Virus record (IMG/VR): IMGVR_UViG_3300049846_000568
Span: 81,809-145,808 of that record
DNA length: 64,000 nucleotides
Origin: a virus
Strand: one strand, 5' to 3'
Part shown: in pieces, positions 56,169 through 64,000 of the stretch
How positions within the stretch are numbered: position 1 is the first letter of the stretch
How the letters are laid out: every line of letters starts with the position of its first letter
Made by a program: the position numbers and the translations under genes
Notes under the pieces: generated by a model
What the model was told of the DNA's origin: nothing
Database searches by the model: none
The model's input: the letters and a program-made list of their open reading frames with translations, nothing else

Positions 56169-56859
56169 AATGACCCACCTTTACTCTCGTATCACATGCA
56201 AACCTATAACCAAACTTAGCTGCGTTCTCAAAGAAATAAAGATCCTGAGTATACGCTCGCGTACCCACACCAGGCTGATAAGACTGCTCGGTCCTAAACC
56301 ACGGTCGAGGAATTCGCTCATCCTTAAACATATCAACCTTAAACAACGTAAAGCCCATTCCCAGGCCATTACACTCTTGAACCGTATCGGGCTGAGGAAG
56401 CTGGGGCATGAAGTTCTTGGGCATCGCTTTTGGATCGCCGTAAATCATAGGCTGCCCCTCTTCGCCCTTAGTCCAGTAAATGCCACCAACGGCGTCGAAC
56501 TGATCCATATTCTCATATAACCTTAGAAGGCCATCCGGTGGAGGCATGTTATCCTCTTCCAGGGTGAGGATATATTTCCAGTCTGAAAGACCAGGCGTGT
56601 TGATGATCTGCTCAATAGCACTAGAGTAAGCTGCGCCCACTTCCATACCAATCATGAATATACGCGTGAAGCGGTTATTCATGGGTGTCATTAAGGCCAT
56701 CCAAGACTGGACAACCTTAGCGTGAATGTGGCCCCGGGTCGGGACAAGGCAAATAGTGGAAAGATCCCTATATGCTTGACCCCTCTCCAGGCGCTCTAAT
56801 GAAGCCGGATCTGTATTATGCCTGCCTTCCAGATTCTCTACTACAATCTGAGGTTTCAT
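56140..56859 (-). CDS. GT-A fold glycosyltransferase (copy B)
   Basis: Start set to ATG 56859 (MKPQIV) to match copy A; 239 aa with about 10 substitutions versus copy A. Confidence 0.8.
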   Translation of the reverse strand: MKPQIVVENLEGRHNTDPASLERLERGQAYRDLSTICLVPTRGHIHAKVVQSWMALMTPMNNRFTRIFMIGMEVGAAYSSAIEQIINTPGLSDWKYILTLEEDNMPPPDGLLRLYENMDQFDAVGGIYWTKGEEGQPMIYGDPKAMPKNFMPQLPQPDTVQECNGLGMGFTLFKVDMFKDERIPRPWFRTEQSYQPGVGTRAYTQDLYFFENAAKFGYRFACDTRVKVGHYDADNDIVW

Positions 56860-56892
56860 ATACAATTTCCCATTAGACAATATGACGTCTAC

Positions 56893-56901
56893 ATTATAGC
56901 A
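56893..56901 (-). promoter_or_regulatory. Extended -10 promoter TGcTATAAT upstream of GT copy B
   Basis: Same element, spacing and downstream hairpin as copy A. Confidence 0.7.
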
Positions 56902-56938
56902 TCGAAAACAAATCAAATGCTATACAGCATGGAAGAAA

Positions 56939-59900
56939 TTAGGACACGCTTGATCGCATGAAGTTCCAATACGGTATCACATTCGAAGCGTATGAACGGA
57001 CGTCGGTGAACGCTATAGTGGCCGGCTGTGATGCCGACTGCACCGAGAACACGCCAAGGCCAGGCATGTACTGCGAGCCAGTCGAGGAGGCCGTCTGGCC
57101 AAACTGGCGAGCAGAATAGGATGATGCCCCATAATGGCCCGCCTGAGTCAGCGCAGGAAGCGGGGAGGGAAGCGTCGAACCAGCCGTAGTGTGAGCGCTG
57201 ATCCAGCCATGAACAATCCAGTAATTGCCAGCCGACAATGAAGTATTCATATTGAACGGCATAAGAACCGAGCCAGTCAGAATATTGTATACGGACGCCA
57301 ACGCCGACGTGTAGAATGATGTGCCAACAGATGAACCCGCTGATGATGTAGCGTGTGTAGCCTGGATTGTCGCGATTGTGCTATTGCCCGAGATATCAAT
57401 CTGCGACGGGTAGCGCACATCTACCTGACGCGATGCGGTGACTTGCGTAGCGTTACTTAAGCTGACACCAACTGAATGTGAAATGGAAACGGGGAATAAG
57501 AATGTCGAGACTGACTCTAGACGGGTATTGTTTGTACCTGCACCTCGGCTGTAAACGCCAAACCAACGCGAGAGAACATACGATTGTGAAGCACCACCGG
57601 TCGTGTTTGTCGCGAAAATTGTACCAGTAGACGCCTGAAGAATGTTCTGGGATGTACCGCCGAGCATGTGAATCACATTGAAGCGGCCCGAAAGCAGCTG
57701 GGAGGGGATATAAGTTGGCTGAACATACCACGACGAGATGCCAGGGGCAAATGAGGTAGAGCCCGACTGCATAACTGGCAGTGGTTCGAAGAAGTCTAAT
57801 ACCCCACCAGCATTGATCGACACTGCCTGACCGTTGGCCTGTGAGAGCGTGACATTACTGCCACCCGCCAGAGTCCATGTTGCGCTCGTCAATGAAGCGG
57901 TCGTACCCGCAGTATTGCCCCCAATGACGACACCATCGACAGGGACCGAAAAATTGACCTTATTGTTGGTCATATCGACAGAAATGCCGCCCTGAGCATT
58001 AAAGGTCAGGGAGCGTGCGTCAACGGTGCCACTACTCGTCCCCGATGTATTGCCTGAGCCGTACAGGCCAATAGACTGGTTAGTCTGCGCTGCATTAAGC
58101 GCCGTGGAAGCATTGAGGATAAGCGAACCATTAGACCAGCCCACAGACACACCACCGCCAGAGCCAACGATAGTAAGCGACCTTGCGTCATACGTACTGC
58201 TGCTGGACTGGCCGACCGTCTGTGATGAGGCGTAAATGCCAAGAGATTGATTGGTCTGGGATGCGGCTGAAATGGTAACCGTCGCTTGGCGAGCGGCGAT
58301 GCCTGTTCCGACTGACTGGCTCAGCGTGACGTTGTTCCCACCTGCCAGAACGAAACGAGCATTAAGCACATCGGGGTAGACCGTTCCTGTCGTACCTGAG
58401 GTATTGCCAAGATTGGACACGCCGAGTTCTGCAAAGAACGGCTGTAGAATAGCGGTGAAGCCATCCGTAGCTGTAGCCTGGCTCCACTTCGCACCATTAC
58501 TAGCTTGCAGCACTAGGGGCACCCCGGACGATGTGCCCGTGTTGCCAGCCGTATTACCAACATTGCTCACACCAGCAGAGGGGATCAGGCCCTGCGTTTG
58601 TACAGACTGGGCCGCTCCACTCAATGACATGCCGTTGGAGGCGATCGTGCCTGTGATATTTGTTCCAGCAATGGTGGCGCTGGCTTGTACAAATCGCGTA
58701 CCAGCATCAGACGCCATTGCAGTTGTGATAGCGTTTGGCACGGATAGACGGATAGTACCACCACTCATGTCCGCTGTGATGGATCCGGCAGCTGAGACAG
58801 ACAAAGACCTGGCATCGACTGTGGCTGTTGAAGTACCGGAAGTATTACCTAACCCATAAAGACCAATAGACTGATTTGTCTGGGCTGGGACAGAGACTGA
58901 GATGCCATTAGATGCGATAGTACCATTAGCGTTGGTCCCCGCAAAAGCCGCAGTTGCAGCCACAAAATCGGACCCCCTGTTCGACGCCATTGCCGTCGTG
59001 ATGGCATTGGGGGCGCTAAAGTGGATCTTACCATCGTTACTCATATTAACCGTAAGAGAGCCAGCCACATCAAACGATAGAGACCTAGCGTCGGCTGTAC
59101 CACTTGAGGTTCCTGCGGTATTACCTGAACCATAAAGGCCTACCGTCTGAGCCGACTGCGCCGCAACGGAGACAGATATATTGTTGGAGGCGATAGTACC
59201 CGAAGCATTTGTCCCGTTGAAATTGGCATTAGCCTGAACGAAATCGGTGCCGCGATTTGAAGCCATAGCAGTTGTTATGGCGTTAGGCGCGGAGAGGTTA
59301 ATCATGCCGTTTGTCATATCGGCAGTGATCGATCCGGCAACATTAATTGTCAAAGAACGAGCATCAACAGTTCCGGTGCTTGTTCCTGATGTATTGCCAG
59401 AAGCGTAAAGTCCAATTGTCTGATTCGATTGAGCGCCAGCACCGCCAGAGATGATGATTTCTCCACCCGAGTTGCCGACGGAAATTCCACCAGCACCGCG
59501 GAAAGTCAGCGACCTTGCGTCATAGGTAGAAGATGAACTCTGTCCCGTCGTCTGAGAAGAACCATAGATCCCGATTGACTGATTCGTCTGGGCAGCAACA
59601 GATACCGAGATATTGTTTGAAGCGATTGTTCCAGAGGCATTTGTGCCGTTGAAGTTTGCGTTTGCCTGGACGAAATCGGTGCCGCGGTTTGATGCCATGG
59701 CCGTTGTTAATGCGTTTGGGGCAGAAAGATTGATCTTGCCATTGGTCATATCGACGGTAAGGCTGCCCTGGGCTTGGATAGTGAACGACCGAGCATCAAG
59801 CGTCCCGGTTGAAGTGCCAGATGTATTGCCCGACCCGTAGATCCCGATAGTTTGATTGGTTTGGGCTGGCACAGACACAGAAATACCGTTGGATGCGATT

Positions 59901-61945
59901 GTCCCATTAGCGTTAGTTCCAGCGAAAGCAGCTGTAGCATTAACGAAGTCCGAGCCCCTATTAGAGGCCATAGCAGTTGTAATGGCGTTAGGAACGGAGA
60001 GACGAAGAGTGCCGCCACTCATGTCTGCAGTTATGGACCCAGCAGCCGAAACAGAAAGCGAACGAGCGTCAACGGTGGCTGTAGAGGTGCCTGAAGTATT
60101 GCCAAGACCATAAAGGCCAATGGATTGATTGCTCTGATTACTTACGGATACAGATATGCCGTTTGATGCAATGGTGCCGGTTGCATTTGTGCCAGCAAAG
60201 GCAGCAGTTGCATTGACGAAGTCGGAGCCACGGTTAGACGCCATAGCAGTTGTGATAGCGTTGGGGGCTGAGAACCTTACGGTTCCACCGCTCACGTCAA
60301 TACTCAGCGAACCCGCAGCGGAGAAAGAGTGTGACCTAGCATCTACTGTTGCTGTAGATGTTCCGCTTGTGTTGCCGAGACCGTAGAGGCCAAGGGATTG
60401 GTTTGTTTGTGATGCGGCCGAAATCGTAATAGTAGCCTGGCGAGCTGCAATACCCGTACCGATGCTCTGCGACAGGGTAACGTTATTGCCGCCAGCTAGC
60501 ATAAGGCGAGCGTGGAGGACGTCTGCGTAAACTGTACCAGTAGTACCCGATGTATTGCCTAAGTTAGACATACCGAGCTCGTAGTAATACGGCTGCAGAA
60601 TTGCGGTGACATTGGTACCGTCTGTCGCCTGGCTCCATTTAGCGCCGTTGCTCGCTTGAAGAACCAACGGAACGCCCGAGCTAAGACCCGTATTACCCGC
60701 CGTATTACCGACAGTGGAGACGCCAATAGACGGTACAAGGCCTTGAGTCTGAACTGACTGAGCTGCCACAGATACAGAAACGCCATTAGAAGCAATGGTC
60801 CCAGTGGCGTTGGTGCCAGCAAAAGCGGCGGTGGCGTTAACGAAGTCTGACCCTCGATTAGATGCCATAGCTGTCGTAATAGCATTAGGGGCAGAGAGGT
60901 GAATCTTGCCGTCGTTAGACATATTGACAGTAAGCGATCCGGCCACATCAAACGACAGCGACCTAGCATCAGCGGTGCCACTGGATGTGCCAGCGGTGTT
61001 ACCTATGCCGTACAGCCCAACAGTTTGAGCCGACTGCGCCGCGACAGATACGGAAATATTGTTTGATGCGATAGTGCCAGAGGCATTAGTTCCGTTGAAG
61101 TTGGCGCTTGCCTGAACAAAGTCAGAACCGCGATTGGAGGCCATAGCGGTGGTGATTGCATTCGGCACAGAGAGACGAAGTGTGCCGCCGCTCATATCCA
61201 CACTAATAGAACCAGCGGCTGACACAGACAGGGATCTGGCGTCGACGGTTGCCGTAGAGGTACCCGATGTGTTGCCAAGGCCGTAAAGACCGATCGACTG
61301 ATTTGTCTGCGTCGGAACCGTATAGCTAGCAGTTATGACCGATGAGTTCGACATCCCAAAAGACATGCCGTTGCTGTTGGCAAACGATACTGTCGCTGTA
61401 GCATCGGCCGTTTGGCTTCCAGCGGCGAGAATATTGCCACTACCACCGGCCACAGATGGTACTGAAACCAACAGCTCGCCATTTGACATACCAACAGACG
61501 CGATGCCCATACCCCTCACAGTTAAGGATCGAGCGTCCTGTGTAGATGACGACGATTGCCCCACCGTCTGCGAGGATGCATAAATACCTATTGTCTGATT
61601 GGTCTGAGTGCCTCCCCCTGCACTAATCGTAATACTCTGCCCATTTTGGCTCAGCGTAACATTAGACCCACCGGCAAGCACGACAGTCCCACTGGTAACA
61701 GATGCTGTAGCCCCAGAAGTGTTTCCGCTAATAATGACACCCTGGACAATAGAGCCCGTTTGTACGCTTTGTGTTGGGCCGACAATAGACATCGTGGCGG
61801 TTGACCCATTTGTGGAACCACTTAATGTTATGTTGGATCCGGCTTGAATTACAAGATTCTCGAATCCCGTATCGTCACTATTCCGGCGAACCAGCGCAGA
61901 TGCATTGACGGATAAGTTGGATGGTGTATCACCAAATTTAGACAC
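56939..61945 (-). CDS. Ser/Thr/Gly/Asn-rich repetitive fibre protein B
   Basis: 1668 aa; eight copies of the ~90-aa repeat (one variant); tip domain paralogous to fibre A; different N-terminus. Confidence 0.75.
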   Translation of the reverse strand: MSKFGDTPSNLSVNASALVRRNSDDTGFENLVIQAGSNITLSGSTNGSTATMSIVGPTQSVQTGSIVQGVIISGNTSGATASVTSGTVVLAGGSNVTLSQNGQSITISAGGGTQTNQTIGIYASSQTVGQSSSSTQDARSLTVRGMGIASVGMSNGELLVSVPSVAGGSGNILAAGSQTADATATVSFANSNGMSFGMSNSSVITASYTVPTQTNQSIGLYGLGNTSGTSTATVDARSLSVSAAGSISVDMSGGTLRLSVPNAITTAMASNRGSDFVQASANFNGTNASGTIASNNISVSVAAQSAQTVGLYGIGNTAGTSSGTADARSLSFDVAGSLTVNMSNDGKIHLSAPNAITTAMASNRGSDFVNATAAFAGTNATGTIASNGVSVSVAAQSVQTQGLVPSIGVSTVGNTAGNTGLSSGVPLVLQASNGAKWSQATDGTNVTAILQPYYYELGMSNLGNTSGTTGTVYADVLHARLMLAGGNNVTLSQSIGTGIAARQATITISAASQTNQSLGLYGLGNTSGTSTATVDARSHSFSAAGSLSIDVSGGTVRFSAPNAITTAMASNRGSDFVNATAAFAGTNATGTIASNGISVSVSNQSNQSIGLYGLGNTSGTSTATVDARSLSVSAAGSITADMSGGTLRLSVPNAITTAMASNRGSDFVNATAAFAGTNANGTIASNGISVSVPAQTNQTIGIYGSGNTSGTSTGTLDARSFTIQAQGSLTVDMTNGKINLSAPNALTTAMASNRGTDFVQANANFNGTNASGTIASNNISVSVAAQTNQSIGIYGSSQTTGQSSSSTYDARSLTFRGAGGISVGNSGGEIIISGGAGAQSNQTIGLYASGNTSGTSTGTVDARSLTINVAGSITADMTNGMINLSAPNAITTAMASNRGTDFVQANANFNGTNASGTIASNNISVSVAAQSAQTVGLYGSGNTAGTSSGTADARSLSFDVAGSLTVNMSNDGKIHFSAPNAITTAMASNRGSDFVAATAAFAGTNANGTIASNGISVSVPAQTNQSIGLYGLGNTSGTSTATVDARSLSVSAAGSITADMSGGTIRLSVPNAITTAMASDAGTRFVQASATIAGTNITGTIASNGMSLSGAAQSVQTQGLIPSAGVSNVGNTAGNTGTSSGVPLVLQASNGAKWSQATATDGFTAILQPFFAELGVSNLGNTSGTTGTVYPDVLNARFVLAGGNNVTLSQSVGTGIAARQATVTISAASQTNQSLGIYASSQTVGQSSSSTYDARSLTIVGSGGGVSVGWSNGSLILNASTALNAAQTNQSIGLYGSGNTSGTSSGTVDARSLTFNAQGGISVDMTNNKVNFSVPVDGVVIGGNTAGTTASLTSATWTLAGGSNVTLSQANGQAVSINAGGVLDFFEPLPVMQSGSTSFAPGISSWYVQPTYIPSQLLSGRFNVIHMLGGTSQNILQASTGTIFATNTTGGASQSYVLSRWFGVYSRGAGTNNTRLESVSTFLFPVSISHSVGVSLSNATQVTASRQVDVRYPSQIDISGNSTIATIQATHATSSAGSSVGTSFYTSALASVYNILTGSVLMPFNMNTSLSAGNYWIVHGWISAHTTAGSTLPSPLPALTQAGHYGASSYSARQFGQTASSTGSQYMPGLGVFSVQSASQPATIAFTDVRSYASNVIPYWNFMRSSVS
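58605..61315 (-). repeat. Eight interspersed ~270-nt coding repeats
   Basis: Seven TAMASNRG cores plus one TAMASDAG core. Boundaries approximate. Confidence 0.88.
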
Positions 61946-61946
61946 A

Positions 61947-62669
61947 TTAACTCCCTAAAATGCCTGCTGTCTTTAAAGCGTCCACTAAGGTGCCGAGAAC
62001 TCTGGAAACTTCTGTCAATGAAGTAGCTTCAGGATCGAATGACTTGTCTGGCGTATAGCCACCAGTAACACTCCATCCAGTACTTGGTAGGTTTAGGCCG
62101 AGATTCGCGAGGGCCGTGGGGGCGGTTGTCGCGCCTGTGCCACCATTGGCGATGGGAAGCGTCCCGGTAATATGTGTTGTCAAGTCTACCTTGCCCCAGC
62201 TTGGCGTAGTTCCAGAAAGCAATACATTACCACTTACGGCGGCTGTTAGCCTGGCCAACGCAGAAGGTGACGAGGCATATAGTATGTCTCCGGTAGAATA
62301 AGTCGTTAAACCCGTACCCCCGTAGCTAATCGCCACTGCGGCACCATTCCAGGTACCTGACGTAATAGTACCGAGAGTTGTAATACTTGTTTGACCGGTA
62401 TAGGTGGGTGAAATCTGAACAGAATCTTCATTGACCTGAATACCAGTCCCCTCACCAACATTGATTTCTGTTTCGTTGGTTAAGAATGTCCCTAGACCAG
62501 CAACGACAGTACTGGTTGTGGTTGATTCTGCCTCGCCGCCAGTCGTGTAGTCGAGGGCTTCAGACCATTCAGATGCAACACCAAATGGGTTAACGGTACG
62601 TACACGAATAATGTACCGCGTATCCGGGTCGAGGTTCTTAAGTGTCTGCTTAACTTCTTGAGAAGACAT
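61947..62669 (-). CDS. FN3-domain tail-fibre-like protein
   Basis: LKNLDPDTRYIIRVRTVN...SEWS (FN3); GTLPIANGGTGATTA fibre repeat. Confidence 0.7.
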   Translation of the reverse strand: MSSQEVKQTLKNLDPDTRYIIRVRTVNPFGVASEWSEALDYTTGGEAESTTTSTVVAGLGTFLTNETEINVGEGTGIQVNEDSVQISPTYTGQTSITTLGTITSGTWNGAAVAISYGGTGLTTYSTGDILYASSPSALARLTAAVSGNVLLSGTTPSWGKVDLTTHITGTLPIANGGTGATTAPTALANLGLNLPSTGWSVTGGYTPDKSFDPEATSLTEVSRVLGTLVDALKTAGILGS

Positions 62670-63559
62670 TATTCAACCCCTCCAAAGATACTGCCCCAAA
62701 GCATGGTGGCGTCTGTTTCCTCTTTAACATCAACAACAGTTGGGTTCTTACGATACGTAATCTTGGTGAGGTTGATCTGTGTACTGCTAGCTGATGGGTT
62801 CTTATTGCCCGAAACACGAACCCTAATTGTGTGTCGATCTTCCGATAAACCCGTCTGATTGTAGACCTCGGTATCAGATACCGCATTAGAGGAGTTCGCA
62901 TAGAGGTCTACCTGCTCCCAAGCTCCATCGTCTATCTGAACCTCTGCGATTCCGTATGCTGGCCCCTTATCGGCGTGAAGTTTAATTTGGTCACCATAGA
63001 AACTAAAAGAGGCTTTAGCGTGACGCACATCCGACACATTATCTGACCACCACTGCCCAGCCCTTGTAAATGTGATACCCGGGTCATTCCAGTTAACGGT
63101 AAGTGGGTAGGTTCTGGTGGCAGGGGTGTAGGTTCTTGTAAGTGGCTTATTCTTTAGGCTCTTGTTCCCATAGTAAACATAGTATGCTGCGTCTGAGACG
63201 GCATTTTCGGCAAGTGCGGCGACTGTATCAAACTTGACGATAATTTGCGTATCTGTCTCCGTGATATTGCGGGAGACGGCCTTCCAGTGTTCTGGCGCGC
63301 TAGAAGCTAAGTATAAGACTTCCATATCTTCAAAGCTGCCAAGCACTTTGTTCTGTCCCACAATACTTGCGCGGTCCAGATAAACGGTTATAGGGTGACC
63401 AGCCTCTAAACCAGATGGAGGTGCAGTTATCTTGATCCTCCTCCTATACGGATAGAGGTGGTTCCACCAAGCCTGGGCGCGATCAATGGTGCCAGTACCT
63501 GCCAGAGAAAAGCTAAAGGTTAGATTGAACTGGGTAGGCGAACCATTGATAGCCGTCAT
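62669..63559 (-). CDS. Structural protein, DUF2341-like N-terminus plus carbohydrate-binding-like jelly roll
   Basis: WWNHLYPYRRRIKI...YYVYYGN; ASFSFYG...GIAEVQIDDG..VDLY...HTIRVRV. Confidence 0.6.
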   Translation of the reverse strand: MTAINGSPTQFNLTFSFSLAGTGTIDRAQAWWNHLYPYRRRIKITAPPSGLEAGHPITVYLDRASIVGQNKVLGSFEDMEVLYLASSAPEHWKAVSRNITETDTQIIVKFDTVAALAENAVSDAAYYVYYGNKSLKNKPLTRTYTPATRTYPLTVNWNDPGITFTRAGQWWSDNVSDVRHAKASFSFYGDQIKLHADKGPAYGIAEVQIDDGAWEQVDLYANSSNAVSDTEVYNQTGLSEDRHTIRVRVSGNKNPSASSTQINLTKITYRKNPTVVDVKEETDATMLWGSIFGGVE

Positions 63560-63942
63560 TACGTTAGCCCTGTTGAAATCGTCAATTCACCAGCAATCCA
63601 CTGCCAACTATCCCCATTGCCTACAGCCTGTGTCGCGATTTCCTCTTTAAAGAGAAGGTTACCCCCCTCAAGCGCATCATATATGCCAATCCAAGAAACA
63701 CCAGCAGGGACGGATGGAAGGCCGGTAAAAGTAACTGTCCCACTATTGGCTAGTGATCCATCTGTTGCAATGGTGCATGTGAGGGCAATGCGGGTATAAG
63801 AACTAATCTCGTTGCCGTCATCTGGGTCGCCCGTATGTAGCGACAAGTACACTGTAGTCGGCGGGGTATAGGTGTATGTTGAGCTTGAACCGTGGAATAC
63901 GTGGTTTAGCAATGCATTTGCGAGATATGCTGACACTGGCAT
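63559..63942 (-). CDS. Small phage fibre-associated structural protein
   Basis: YLANALLNHVF, VYLSLHTGDP, GIYDALEGGNLL, GD...GEL pattern. Confidence 0.7.
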   Translation of the reverse strand: MPVSAYLANALLNHVFHGSSSTYTYTPPTTVYLSLHTGDPDDGNEISSYTRIALTCTIATDGSLANSGTVTFTGLPSVPAGVSWIGIYDALEGGNLLFKEEIATQAVGNGDSWQWIAGELTISTGLT

Positions 63943-64000
63943 AGAGACCTACCATATACTTTCTGATGAACACCTATCGATTATGAACGCTCTTACCGTA

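Larger units (their letters stand above)
55584..56901 (-). repeat. Dispersed duplication of the promoter-GT-MTase unit (other copy 41718-43005)
   Basis: Long nucleotide-identical tracts, the same 29-nt gene overlap and the same leader. Confidence 0.9.

Noticed and set aside
56860-56916. N-terminal extension of GT copy B (MICFRC...) in the ORF track
   Set aside because: It overlaps the conserved promoter and hairpin; copy A starts at the equivalent MKPQ.
43006-57800. Diversity-generating retroelement (TR/VR pair) between the two fibre tips
   Set aside because: No reverse transcriptase in the window; differences are not adenine-specific; both copies are intact coding domains.
44890-61315. CRISPR array or ice-nucleation repeats
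   Set aside because: The repeats are ~270-nt coding units diverged at third positions, with no fixed repeat-spacer structure and no 16-aa AGYGST periodicity.
1-64000. Stop-codon reassignment
   Set aside because: Genes are full length and densely packed under the standard code, and TAG and TAA terminate genes at coupled junctions.
63943-64000. Possible 3' end of an upstream gene (…AFIIDRCSSESIW*)
   Set aside because: Too short to support a call.

Overview
This window is the virion morphogenesis region of a large contractile-tailed (myovirus-type) bacteriophage, roughly 50% GC. Essentially every real gene is on the minus strand, tightly packed with frequent TAATG-type overlaps. Order right to left: small fibre-adaptor, lectin-like and FN3 proteins; cassette B (1668-aa Ser/Thr/Gly/Asn repeat fibre, GT-A glycosyltransferase, SAM methyltransferase); portal; a third glycosyltransferase; prohead protease-scaffold; decoration protein; major capsid protein; Ig-like protein; cassette A (paralogous 1419-aa fibre, GT, MTase); head-tail connectors; two sheath-like and three tube-like genes; two chaperones; a 2209-aa tape-measure-like protein; a 1273-aa protein; a 2979-aa baseplate hub with RlpA-like and thermonuclease domains; two paralogous murein hydrolases; spike, gp25-like and J baseplate genes; a metallophosphoesterase; a 1678-aa wedge/Ig protein; and a truncated structural gene. 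No terminase, tRNA, CRISPR array or integrase was seen. Highlights: (1) an Ala-Thr-Pro tripeptide occurs 17 times in the 1678-aa protein and in five other outer-virion proteins, is written with different codons, and was not found in the giant internal proteins; this is a candidate sequon for a phage-encoded virion glycosylation/methylation system with three GTs and two MTases; (2) the 1273-aa protein next to the tape measure shows ordered motifs resembling a divergent YonO/QDE-1-like two-barrel RNA polymerase; (3) the fibre-GT-MTase cassette is duplicated, each GT has its own extended -10 promoter, and one fibre has a swapped high-GC tip; (4) an RTTACTA motif recurs upstream of late genes. All assignments come from motif recognition by eye; no searches were run.
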